Assembly (NCBI GenBank): GCA_036785375.1
Contig: JAWMAR010000013.1
Coordinates: 930,001-994,000, forward strand
DNA length: 64,000 nucleotides
From: Leucoraja ocellata
Taxonomy: Eukaryota
Direction of reading: 5' to 3'
This document shows, in pieces, positions 12,226 through 24,910 of this stretch. Positions within the stretch are counted from its first letter, which is position 1. Every line of letters begins with the position of its first letter. A model generated the notes under the pieces. It had not been told where the DNA came from. It was given only the letters and a program-made list of their open reading frames with translations, and ran no database searches. A program made the position numbers and the translations under genes.

Positions 12226-15200
12226 ATCGCGCACTAGAACATTTCTGTAAAATAAATAAAATCTACTGAAATTGCAGCTTTAGTTCTTGTAAATAAGTAA
12301 TATAGATAGCTATAAAATAAAATTAAAAACTGTAAACTCAGCTTTGAGTGTTATTTCTCAACTTCTTAACCAACCAACAGTGTTTAGACAATAGCTGTGA
12401 ATAATTCTGATTGGATCCTGTTAGAGCCTCCAGCTGAGGTGATTGGTTCCACTAACTTCATTCCTGCCCTATCAATAGCCTGGTCAGAACACTGCAGATG
12501 CTGGAAATCTGAAATAAAAACATAAATGTTGGAGCTTCTCAGCAGATCAGCCAGCATTCAGAGAGAGAGGAAGAATGAATGAGCTGAAACTCTACTTATT
12601 CCGTTTCCTGCCTCACAAATGAACAAACAGACCTGCAGGTGGTCCCTGGCACTTTCTGATCGAAGACGCAATTTCCAATTTCATTGAAAACCTTAGTTTT
12701 CTTTGCACTCTCCTGGCAAGCCTCCAATGACACCAGTTGCCAGCTTGAAATAAGACAACAAAATGTGTGCAGCATGAACGTATTCCTCCACTGATCCAGC
12801 ATCATTTCCAGCACCACTTCCATTGTGCTTCACAGGGGTTACTATCATGAACTGTAAACCAACATCTTTACCCCAGTCATAAACATTAACGCTGTACACT
12901 GCTTAATGCAAGCTGCCTGTTGCTTGTTCTCCAATTGTACAATTTAAAAGCACGCTCCAGCCATAGCAGTTGGTGTCACAAGCATCTCATCTTTGGTGTC
13001 AAGATATTTTCTGGTGTCAGTAAATCCGTTTAACTGCGTTTAGCATAATTTTCTCAAGATGTTAGCATGTTAACATACCTTTGAACCAAAATCACTCATT
13101 TATTTCCTATGGTGGCCCATTGGTCCAATCAGCCCATGAGGAACTGAATGTGGGTGGAAGTGAACAATCATCTCTCTGTCACAGAACCAGAACTATTCAA
13201 CTCTCACCCCAAATATTTTGTTCCTTCTCAATAATTCCACTGGAATGTTAAGATCAGGAAATTGAACCTTTCAGAGGGAATGATACATTCTTCACTTGTT
13301 TGACTCACAAGGAAAGCAATAAGTGTTGAGGAGCTTGCCAACTAAAGAAACCTTCTACCCAAGGGCCCAGTTTTAGACTTAGGGTCAATTCAGTAATCCT
13401 CCTTTTGGCTCCTGAAACCTACTATGGATTCAAACTGGCTCAGTGTGGTCTGCACACCTCAATAACACTGATCGGGTTTGAAGCCTAACAATTCTAGTCG
13501 TGGTATGAACATACAGATAGTTAATCAAGGCCTTGCAGGCTGTAGGAAAGAAATATAAATCACCTGCCAAGCTTTTTGTAGTCATATTGAAAACACTTTT
13601 CGGTGTGAGAAGAAAAAGCTTTCAATTTTGTCAGACAGATTTTGAAGTAAGCCATAATCATCAATAGGCCCAAAGAAAGTGATGAGGCTTCTCACCTGGG
13701 CTCCGAGCGCAAGCCTCCAATTAAAGAAAAATTGTTTGTTTTTAATGGTCTTTTACACTGACAAGTGGGCAATCATTCCAGCACCGGTAGCTGTCAGGGA
13801 TCCAGGAAAATCCTCAGTTGATAATGCCCAATGCTTCCAATTAGGAGCAGAGCCGCTCCTGGAGCGCTAACGATTCCCCAGTCTCCACAGGCCCTCGATC
13901 AGACTTTTACTGCAAATTACTGACACAAAACAACTTGTATTGATGGCGGAACATGTCGTCCGTGGCTGCTGAGTTTAATGAGGCGATGGAAGTTTGGTTT
14001 TGCTGAATTTCTTTGTTTGACAGCTGCTTGGGAAGAGGAGTGTTGACCTTATAAAAGATTTAGTGATTCTCATTATATTCTGTCAAGTAGTAGAGTGATG
14101 TGTTTCTAAGTAATTTGCATCCAGGCTCCTTGTGCATATTTTTGCAGAGCATTTCTATATCAAAAAAGTAACTGTTGCAGTCTCTCCATCAGTTTTTTTA
14201 AAAAGTGGTTGTCCGAAAGCTGCTTTCTAATGCGAGGGTGGAGGAGAGTGAAGTAAAGGAAACAAATATATCTGTGCCAGTGTCCACCTCGAAATGGAAC
14301 TTAGAGTTTTAGTTTTTTGTGGATATATTATAAAACTAACAACACATAGTGGCAGATGGTGTACACAGCAGGGAATACTGGTGATAAGAGTGGTTCTGTA
14401 TCTGTGACGTTTTCTGACACAAATCTAGACCACTTGCTGAACAAGACTGTAACTATAATAGGTTTTGTGGGTGTGATTATTTTTAACAAGTTGTCAGCAG
14501 CTCTTGAGAATTGTTGATAATTTTTCCTTTTGTTGTTTTTCTGTATGATGGACCATGCTGGATTATCAGCGGTCTGTGACTGCACTCTTTGGTGGGTGGG
14601 TGGTGGGTGGCTGGTGAGAACACAACAGAAGAATGCAATTAGCGATTGCAAACAAGGTGTAATTTCTTCTTGCTGGCTATTCAATCTGTCGGTCCTATTA
14701 CTTGTTGCGGCCTGAATAGCCGAGGATGATTGTTCCGGTGGCATCACTTGGGCAATGTCACACAAAACACCTGAAAAAGAGGAAGAGCCAATTTGGAGTA
14801 ACAGTAACTCTAGCCTATTTTTGTTGGATACATTATATTTCAGAAATATTTCCTTATTCCATTTTATATGACCCCCAACATTACAGTAATTTCTCTAGTT
14901 AATAAGAATGCTATTTTGGCTATAAAGCACCTTAGAGCATTCAGAGGTTGTGAAAAGTTTATATAAATACAGAAAATGCAGGAAAGAGTCAGCAGGTAAG
15001 GCAGTATCTATGGAAAGAGAAACAGAATTAATGATTCAGGTTGAAGAGTCTTTGTCAGGACTGGGAAAGTCCAAATTCTGATGTAGTGTCCTTAACCCAA
15101 AACATCACGCCCGAGTATTCTCAGTATTTTATGCTTTATTTCATCATATTTTTATTTTCTTTTTCTGTATTTTTTCCACTGTGTAATGCATTTATCTCTT

Positions 15201-17433
15201 GGCGTTATTAATTCATGCGATATTTTTATTTTTAATTATCCACTGACATCTCTTGTGATAATTCAACTAAGACTCACTTCCGTTTTCTTCCCGTTTTTTC
15301 CTATTGATTATACTGTACCAGGTGAACGTTGCAGTGGTATGTTTTAGGAAATTTTGAATGTGGAAATTTATCATGTGGGAGATGGCCGTTTATTCCATCT
15401 TTATCACATGAGCCATAGACTAATCCTACCTCACAACCATTGGCCTGTAACGCTAGTGCCTGCAGCACTTCAAGAGCTCGGCCAAGTATTTTTCAACGTG
15501 ACCAAGGTTTTTTAACTTGCAAGGATTAAAACACAAATTCCACATTTTTGGCAATAAACATCTAAAATTTTCTAAACTTCTGTTTAGGGTTTTATGGTTA
15601 GGTTGTGAAATGTCAGTGTGGATGGAAACTTATAGCTCTCTTTTGATCTTATTCCAATTGTGGATTCACTGGAATTCCAAACTAAAAGTTGGAAATAGCC
15701 AAATTATCACTCTACACTTTGGAGATTGTAACTATTCAGATGTTCCTGATATTTACACAATGAAGACAAAGGAATATCAGAGATTGGGGGAGAACAGTAA
15801 CCTCACCGCTCTGGTTATGTAAATATTGCAAACTGTAAAATATTTGTCAGCTGTTTACATATTATCAATCAATTCTAGATTGGTTATAACCATCAGGCTT
15901 GAATAAAGTCATGCCCATTTTGGCTTCTTCCCAAAGTGAACCTGAGTGACAAACCAAATGATTCCGCTCTTTGTGACTGGGAGTAACAACAGACCCCCTG
16001 TACACACACATTGTAGGTTGTAAAATGCTGCATTACAGGATTGTGCAGCATCTTTATTACTATGTGATCCATATTCAAAGCCGCCAAACATCTTTCCCAG
16101 TCATTTACTGATTTATATCCACATTAGGGAAAATGTTGTATTAAGGTTTTCCGTAAAGGATTCCAATCACCAATGCTCTGTTCTCCAAGTACATTCCGTA
16201 ACTGGATATGGTTTCAACAGCACTGTTGCAGAGGACAAGTGAAAATAACTCCCTCTGGCCATGAAGGCATTGTGCATCACACACCAGGGAACCACACAGT
16301 ACTGGACCAATGGATGTGCTGGACTGTAGTAGAGTAGCCAGGGAAATAAGATAGTTGTGTTGTGAACATCCCAGGACTTGTTGCATTAGTTAGTTAGTTT
16401 AACACTTTGGGTGCAATGTTATAAATAGTTTTGTTACCTTAAAATGATCTATTTTTTAAACATTGTGACATTATTCTTCAAGCAAATCCTCTGCAGCTCA
16501 GTCTATGGATGTAACACCCTCTGTGTGAAAACATCCCCCCTCAGATTCTTATTAAATCTTCCTTTCACCTTAAACCTATGCCCTCTAGTTCTTGATTCCC
16601 CTTTCCTGGCGAACAATCTTTGTGCATTCACCCTATCTATTCCACTCTTGATTTTATACACCTCCGTAGGACCACCTTTCAACCTCCTGTGCTACTAGTC
16701 TGCCCAATCTCTCCCTATAGCTCAGGCGCAGTTTGTACAGTTTTATTCGTTTTTCTATTTGAATGCATTGTTTGCTGTTATAGCCACTTCAGTCAAACAA
16801 TGATGAATAATGGCAGCAATCAAACAAACCTCTTTGTTTACTTTTCTCTTATTTCCTTGCAACATTATTTTTGGTGACATTTGCACCATTTCATTGAATT
16901 ACTATCATATGCTCTTATGAATGGAGAAATAGAAAACCTGAGAAACGTTCCTCAATTTGTAGCTTTAAAAGCAGACGGAAAATAACAGAGAATTCAAAGG
17001 AAGTAGCATCAAAGTCTGAAAGGGAAGAGTTGAACAACCTTTCAGTTAGCCTGAATGAAAGGGTATCAGGAAGCTAGAGAAAAAGCTATAAACCTTGTGA
17101 TTGTCTTATTAAAATTAATGCGACAGAGAATTTATGTTCAAAAAGATACATTGGTTTGAAAATTTAAAAAGCAAACAAATGTTGAGATTAATTTAGAGAT
17201 ACAGTGTGGAAACGCCCTACGGCCCACCGAGTCCGTAACGACCAACAATCACCGTTGTGAAATTATGAAACTTAAACTGTTTTTATAAATTGTTTAAACG
17301 GCTTTGTGTCTTTTCTTTTCAAGGGCTATAGGTCATGGAAACTATTCTTTAATTACCAGACTGGATGTTGACGATCATTTCTTTAGGGAGGTTACCTTTA
17401 CAGACTGGATGTAACGTTTGCTTGTTTTTGCAG

Positions 17434-17556
17434 ATTGGCCCTCACCTGGATACATTCCGTAGTGCTGAAGCTCGGCATGCAGCTTTTAGAGCAAACTGGC
17501 TGGATTCTGCAGCAAGGAGTGGTCCCAATGGCGAAGGTGTCTATGCCCTTAATTAA
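17434..17556 (+). CDS. cfap77: Cilia- and flagella-associated protein 77, last coding exon
   Basis: Acceptor TTGTTTTTGCAG, then IGPHLDTFRSAEARHAAFRANWLDSAARSGPNGEGVYALN*, resembling the recalled CFAP77 C-terminus (VGRHLDTF...AVRQG...GNY). Position upstream of barhl1 on the same strand matches known synteny. ATTAAA at 17660-17665 with a GT-rich downstream element. Confidence 0.82.
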   Translation: MGPHLDTFRSAEARHAAFRANWLDSAARSGPNGEGVYALN

Positions 17557-19296
17557 ATCCATCCCTAAACCAACTAATTTCTTCAACTTGCAAATTAATA
17601 GATTATAACTTGTGCGCATTGATACTTGAAATATGTAATGATTTTAATATGGAGTCAGCATTAAATTCATTCTTCAGTTATCTGATACATTGGGTTTGTT
17701 TGTAAGTTCATACTGCCAGTGAGCAGAATGGCCTTTACTTCACAAAGCGGCCGTTGTTCACAAGGTTCGGCAGATTGCGGATCAACTGGACGTTCTGATG
17801 CAGTCTGCCTTGAAGAAACTCTGATCAACTTTACAGAAAAAACGTAGCAATTCTGTATTTACTAAATATTGATTATCTGATGAAAGACAACATCTCCAAA
17901 CCACATCGTGAAAATGAAAACTTCTGGTGAGTTTGGATCCAGGGACAGAATGGGAGGGGAGGAGAAGTGCAGAAAATTAATTCTTCTGCCTTAATGTGTC
18001 ATGAGCATGAGCCAAACCCAAAGCCATTCAATCGATGTCTGACCCTGGCCATGCTGCCAATGCAGTAATGTGTTGAATGGAAAAAAAGACAAAGTGCTGG
18101 AGTAATTCATCAGGTCAGGCAGTATATGTGGAGAACATGCATAGATAATGTATATGGTTGTGACCCTTCTTCAGATTCAGGATTTCAGGTACCTACATTC
18201 TATCTGTCATTTCTCAGTGCACCAAATCCGTGTGCACACTTCCAGCTCATTAATAGGCATGCAGTCAAATCTAGTCACCAGTTGTCTTGCAACTGGATCA
18301 ATGGGGTAGGAAAAGAAACAGACTTCTTGCGAGGGAAATCTAATCCAGCGAATCCTTGACAAAATGTTTGAAGCATTTTCTTGCCATCAGAGAGAAAAGT
18401 ATCAGATCCCATGACAACACAACCACTTGGCATCTTGGTTGCCCTGGACAAGTTGGGCCGAAGGACCTGTTACTGTGCTATACAAGTCTATCACTCTATG
18501 ACTAGTCCAGATTATTAATAAAATACTTCAAAGATGTCTGCATTGCCCACACCATGGTACCGATAGCAGCTGGATAGATCACCTCCTAATCTGTCATCTC
18601 CATCAATGTGGCCTCACCAATTTAGCATTAACAGGAATGTTGTCATAAGAAAAGCAAAGCAGAATGATGTGTACCCACTACCTTGTTCTGGGCTGGCCTA
18701 AACCAACTATTATTAGTACATGTGAACAGACTCTTGGCTTCTCTCCCAACAATAATTAGGTTTATGTTTAGGTTTAGCATTATTATTGTCATGTGTACCA
18801 CGGTACAGTGAAAGGTATCCAAACAGATCAGATATACCACACATAAATACAATTAAGTCAGACTCAAGTACAATAGATGGAGCAAATGGGAGGATGCAGA
18901 GTGCAGAATATGGTTCTCAACATTCTGACGCATCAGTTCTATAGACAAAGTCCAATATCCACAATGGTGTACAAGTGTATTGGACAGTACCCTCGCTTAT
19001 CGAAGGACCATTCAGAACATGGCCAAAGGGCCTGCGTCCATGTTGTATCTCTAAACTAAATTCCATTGCGGAGCTTGAATGAAAGTCACCAAAGGAAAAT
19101 CTGTGCCATATTACTTTTCACAAACATTTCTTATCATATTGTAGCCTCCATCTCTCTCGTGCAATGTTAGGAAGGTAAAGGGGCTGTCCCACTTGGGCGA
19201 CTTAATTGGCGAGTTTAGAAGAGTAATGTCATGTAGAAGACCTCCTTCCACCTCCTTCGACAATGTTGAAGAATAGCTTCGACTAGCTACGACTAA

Positions 19297-19595
19297 AGGG
19301 CCTGTCCCACTGTACGAGGTAATTCAAGAGTTCTCCCGAGTTTCCCCTGATTCGAACTCGGAGAATTACAGTAACAGCCACTCGTAGGTAGTCGGGGCTC
19401 TTGTGGATATTTTTCACAATGCTGGAAGAACTTCATGAGTTACCGCGTTTCCCGGGTACCTGCCGTTAGCATTACAAGTCGCTACGAGACATTCACGAGC
19501 TCCGACGTAGCCACTACGTACATTCTACGTACTTACCATGAGTTTGATTAACTCGGGAGAGCTCTTGAATTACCATGTACAGTGGGACAGGCCCT
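19297..19595. mobile_element. 299-bp Harbinger MITE nested in the larger MITE
   Basis: About 46-bp TIRs AGGGCCTGTCCCACTGTAC..GGTAATTCAAGAG.TCTCCCGAGTT, with exact TAA TSDs at 19294-19296 and 19596-19598. Confidence 0.9.
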
Positions 19596-19991
19596 TAACT
19601 TCGGGAAAAATTGGACACTGAATAGTGGAGAGTGAAGACGACCTCCTTTGACCTCCTTCGACCTCCCTTCAACTATGATGAAGACTATCTATGACCACTT
19701 TCGACTACCTTCGACTACCCTTGATTACCAACGACTAACATGCCGACATACTACGACCTACTACGACTAAACCTATGAGTAAAAAAAGTATCGATTTTTT
19801 TCCATGGCAACCTTTTTTTACTCGCGGGCATTTTTCAACATGTTGAAAAATACGCTATGACCTCGCTGAGGCCTCAAGTACACGGGGACTACTCTCGAGC
19901 ATGAAGGAGAGTTACAAAGACCTCCTATGACCTCGTGTCGACGATGTTGCGAGTATGAGTCGAGGGCAAATTTGCCAGAACTCGCGGATTA

Positions 19992-20962
19992 TTTTTTTTT
20001 AAATTTCAAAATAGACTTTATTCAATTGATAAATATATACAATTCCTGAACCATTCAAACAAACAAAATTCATCCGACATTTTCGGAGACTATACAAGTT
20101 TTTTCAGTACAATTTTTTTACATTTGTCAAATTTCACCAAACAGTCCCCCACCCGTGCCACTCTGTGGCCCCTGTCCAAGTAATAAATATATACAATGTT
20201 TACAGTGCGAAAATTCCATCTGACATTTTCATTTCCACAAATAATGTCCCCCACCCGTGCCACTCATGTGGCCCCCTGGCGTGGGATACCTTCCCTTAAT
20301 TTAATTTGAGGGACGTCTCCACCATACCGTGCCCCCTATGTCCAGCAGCGGAAGGACCCTAGACTGTGGCCCTCCCCCACCGAGCCTTGACGTTGGCTGC
20401 ACCAAGCTTCAGCGAGTCCCTTAGCACGTACTCCTGCAGTCTGCAGTGGGCCAGTCGGCAACATTCCCTGACGGATGCCTGCCTAGTCAGCTTGGACCAG
20501 GAGAAGGCCTTCGACAGGATATCGCACACGTACATGAGGGACGTGCTCTCTAAAATGGGGTTTGGGGAGGGAATTCGAAATTGGATCAAACTGCTCTACA
20601 CCAATATCAGTAGTGCAGTCCAAATCAATGGGTGGGAATCAGACAGTTTCCCTGTAAGGTCTGGAGTCAGGCAGGGTTGCCCTCTCTCTCCTGTCTTGTT
20701 TGTCTGCTGTATTGAACCTTTTGCCGAGTCCATCAGGAAGGATGCGAGCATAAGAGGAGTGACATTGCCAGGCAGTGGGGGCATTCAAGTAAAGACCTCC
20801 CTGTACATGGACGATGTCGCCGTCTTCTGCTCGGATCCAAGGTCGGTCCGCAGATTGATCAGCGTCTGCGACCAGTTTGAGTCGGCCATGGGAGCCAGGG
20901 TGAACCGCAGGAAGAGCGAGGCCATGCTCTTTGGCAACTGGCCCGACCGATCTTCCATCCCC
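19992..20962 (-). mobile_element. Tx1/L1-clade LINE insertion with an inverted 5' segment
   Basis: 18-bp TSD GCCAGAACTCGCGGATTA at 19974-19991 and 20963-20980. PolyA, AATAAA and ORF2 C-terminus (ECCRLAHCRLQEYVLRDSLKLG...WGRATV*) are on the minus strand. The RT core (LDQEKAFD, GVRQGCPLSP, YMDD) is on the plus strand at about 20474-20962. Confidence 0.9.
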
Positions 20963-21841
20963 GCCAGAACTCGCGGATTAGGTCGCCCAAGTGGGGCAGC
21001 CCCTTTACTTGTCCCCTGGCTCCTACGGTACCACTTTAGGGCTGTGTCACTGTTTGGAAACCACAAATGGCCCAGGGTAACTTTCCAACAACTGCCAATA
21101 CATATTCTAGGCTGGTGCTGAGAATTTCTGTCACGGTACAAATAAGGTCAGAAACTATTCCATGTATAGAACTAATAATTGCTGTCACAGTGGTATTGCT
21201 GTTACAGCCATATTAAAATTCAGTGTCCACGGTGGGTCATGGGTGGAAATTTCTTTAGCATCTCATTGCAGGTTATGTGGCTGTGAAGGCAAATGTGTAA
21301 TTAAATGAATATTTGTGTAATCGCAGATCTTTTGTTAAAAAAATAGTGCTGACATTACAATTCAAATCATTCCAAATGTTAAGACAAATTCTAATCTCCC
21401 TCACCATCAGCAATTACTATAAATGTATTCTGACTTTTCATGGCTGTTGTTAGCTATTATCCCAGGAGCCATTGTAAAAGAATTTTAGCTGAACCAGACT
21501 GTTCCTATCTGAGTGGATGCGCATTTTATTATATCACAGGATTTGCTGGGTATATTTTCATTGTCAGTTCACCAGAAGAATCAATTACTCCCCAGAGTCC
21601 CACAGAATCAGAGGCAACATTTGTTTAGTTATACATTCTTGTGGGCTTTGCAAGGATGCCTGTGGTTACTACCTGTCCCAAGAAGCTCTGAAGACGTAGC
21701 GGAAACTGTTTTAATGTTCTGCCCGTGTGGTCACTGTGTTAACGCTGTTGTTTACAGGGGATCCAAGATCTAATATAGAATTATAATTGAACTGCTATAT
21801 ATCTCCAAGTCAGGTGACGTGTGAGTTGTAAAGGCCCCAGT

Positions 21842-21935
21842 GTCTGAAGAAGGGTCTTGACTCGAAACGTCACCCATTCCTTCTCTCCAGAGATGCTGCC
21901 TGTCCCGCTGAGTTACTCCAGCATTTTGTGTCTCT
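21842..21935 (+). mobile_element. Single-arm Penelope-derived short element
   Basis: CTGAAGAAGGGTCTTGACTCGAAACGTCACC...GAGATGCTGCCTGTCCCGCTGAGTTACTCCAGCATTTTGTG, the same unit as the 3' end of the element at 46640-47390. Confidence 0.7.
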
Positions 21936-22380
21936 CCCCTGTGTCCTTTCCTGATGATGGAATTCATGGTTTGGGAGGTCCTGCTTAGTCCTTGTGAATT
22001 ATTGCACAATCTATCTTACAGTGTAGACTGCATCACGGAGCACTGGTTGGAGAGAATGAGGATGTTCAGGTTAGTGATTGATGTGTCAGTGGGAGTGGCT
22101 TGTGGTATGTTGTGCTGCTCGCTGTACGTGAGGATAATTTATAGAACATTAAGAAAACGTAATTGAACTCTGCTTTGCTGGGTACGAGCCTGGCCAAATA
22201 TCACTCTCCACTTCTCACCCCAAATCTAGGTATTGCCCACATCTTGCTGCATGTGACAGACATTATGGGGATAGCACAAGACAAAATGGAGACAATCCAC
22301 TTGGCCATCTCAAGGACGGTGCAGTCATCATTCCAATGCTGTCATGGTCAGAGATATCTACCACAGGTTTCAATCAAATA

Positions 22381-23400
22381 AGGTCATAAGGTCATAGGAG
22401 TTATAGGAGTAAAATTAGGCCATTCGGCCCATCAAGTCTACTCCGCCAATCAATCATGGCTGATCTAACTCTCTTTCTTAACTCCCATTCTCCTGCCTTC
22501 TTCCCATAACCTCTGACACCTGTGCAAATCAAGAATCTATCTATCTATCTCTGCCTTAAAAATATCCACTGACAGCCTCCACAGCCTTCTATGGCAAAGA
22601 ATTCCACAGATTCACCACCCTCTGACTAAATAAATTTCTCCTCATCACCTTCGTAAAAGAATATCCTTTCATTCTGAGGCTATGAACTCCTGTCCTAGAC
22701 TCGCCCACTAGTGGAAACATCCTCTCCACATCCATTCTATCCAAGCCTTTCACTATTCTGTCTGTTTCAATGAGGTCCCCCTCATTCTTCTAAACTCCAG
22801 CGAGTACAGGCCCAGTGCTGACGAATGTTCATCATAAGTTACCCTACTCATTCCTGGGATCATTCTTGTAAACTACCTCTGAGCCCTCTCCAGAGCCAGC
22901 ACATCCTTTCTCAGATATGGTGCCCACAATATTGTCACAATATTCCAAATGCGGCCTTACCAGGACCTTATTATCAGCATTACATCCCTGATTTTTGTAT
23001 ACAGCCCTCTTGAAATATAGCTTTCTTTCATTACTACCGATTCGACTTGGTATCGACGAAGATTAACTATTTGAGAATCCCGCACCTGACACTTCCAAGT
23101 CCCTTTGCACCTACGATTTCTGGATTCTCTCCCCATTTAGAAAATAGTCTACGCCTTTATTCCTACTACTAAAATGCACGACTCCACACTTGGCTACACT
23201 ATATTCCATCTGCCACTTCTCTGCCCACTCACCCAACCTGTTCAAGTCCTTCTGCAGAGTCCCTGCTTTCTAAACACTACCTGCTCTTCCACCTATTTTT
23301 GTTTCATCCACAAATTTGGTCACAAAGCCTTCAATCCCCTCGTCCAAATCATTAATATACAACGTAAAGTGTAGTGGCCCCAGCACCGACCTCTGTGGAA
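22381..23400 (-). mobile_element. CR1-clade LINE 3' fragment
   Basis: Reverse complement matches the CR1 ORF2 end and 3' UTR seen at 10835-11506; (GGTCATAA)n tail at the left end. Confidence 0.85.
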
Positions 23401-24910
23401 CTTCTTTCTTCACTCAGTTCTCTAATCGCCTGTGACCAATGTAAAACAAAACATTCTCTAATCATCCATCACAAGAAGTACAGCAGGATTTTCATCAGCT
23501 TGGCAAGTGGGCTGAAGAATGGCTAATGGAGATTAATGCAAATAATTGCAGGAGGGTGCATTCGGGAAGTCAAACCAGGGCTCTGGGGAATATTGTTGGA
23601 CCCTGGGGTAGACCAGAGGGATCTAGGAGTGCAGGTATGTAGTTTCCTGAAGGTGATATCACAGGAAGATATCCTGGTCGAGAAGCCTTTGGGCCTTCAT
23701 CAGTCATGGTATTGAGGATAAACTTGTCATATTACAATAAAATAACATATTGGTGATGCCACAGTGTTGTGTTCAGTTTTGGTCACCCTACTGTAGGAAG
23801 GATGCCATTAGGCCGCGCTACCCTATGCAACATTTTTATTTCTTCATTTACTCTCTAATCCTATAATTACTTTTAATTTACATCCCCTTGATTTTTGATC
23901 CCTGTGATAAAGAAATTGGATCCCTATTTGTGTCCTCTGGGCCTGTTATACCTCGTTCTTCCCCGCCCTAGTTTATCCAACCCTTCCTCTGCTCTCGAGG
24001 TGTCCTAGCGGCTTTTCCAGTGCAACCTCGCCTTCCCTGCCGAGTGGCTACGCTCCAATATGCCATGGCTCGGCTCATAACGGAAACTGCTCAGGGTGCC
24101 CATTTTAACCACCTAATTCACAGATCTTTAAGAAGCTATGGACGTCCATTCTGTATACTATCTCCGACACAACTCAGTATCCTTCCAATGATCCGCGCCC
24201 CATAATCTTGTTCCATCTCCTGCTGCAATCCTCACGTTTCCAGGTTAGATTTAATTTGGCTTTTTTCCTGCCCAACTGGCCAAGCCTCTACAACTTCAAG
24301 GTTCCTTCCCTCTGTCGACAGGGCAGCGATGTTTGCTTCATCGGAAACATTATTTATCTCCAATGTTTTAACAGTGCGGTAGGAATTATGCTATAATGTC
24401 GGCGAGATACAGACCCTGGGAAACGTTACAATCGAGGATCGTTTCGGAGGATAATTAAGTTATTTTAATGCAGTTAGTGGAAGTCTTGAATGCAATTTCA
24501 AAATGCAGAGAAGACTTAGCTGCCCAGTCAGCGTCTGAGGAAAGAGATACAAGGATCCAAGACTCCGCATCAGACCTGTCGAGTACTTCCAGCTTTCTCT
24601 GATTCAATTTAAAAGGGGAATCCTCCTGGCAGGAAGTAGTTGCTCTTTGTGTTCCATCCGATGCGCTTCCATTAAAAAAACCTGTATGAAATTATTGTTT
24701 ATTTCACTCACTATATTGCAACTCGTGTAAACAGGGCCGACGGCATCTGCTGTTCACTAGGTCCGGGTTTAGCATCAACCCGGCGACATCTTGCATCAGG
24801 TGAGGCTTCCTCCCCAGAATAAATTATAGGCTCCAAGTTTGTACCATACACATTAAAAATAGTAATCCCGGCTCTTGCCCGAACCCATTCCCCAGGAGCA
24901 GGCACCAAAG

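Larger units (their letters stand above)
19179..21004. mobile_element. Non-autonomous PIF/Harbinger DNA transposon hosting two nested insertions
   Basis: About 37-bp imperfect TIRs: AGGGGCTGTCCCACTTGGGCGACTTAAT... and ...ATTAGGTCGCCCAAGTGGGGCAGCCCCT. Flanked by TAA (19176-19178) and TTA (21005-21007). Internal CGAC-rich short repeats. Confidence 0.85.

Noticed and set aside
19600-19800. Short repeated units as a CRISPR-like array
   Set aside because: Degenerate 7-11-bp CGAC repeats with no unique spacers, inside a eukaryotic MITE; no cas genes.
20366-21121. 251-aa ORF with RT motifs as a domesticated or novel reverse transcriptase gene
   Set aside because: It is a chimera of antisense LINE C-terminus, inverted RT fragment, MITE TIR and flank inside a TSD-bounded insertion, with a non-ATG start.
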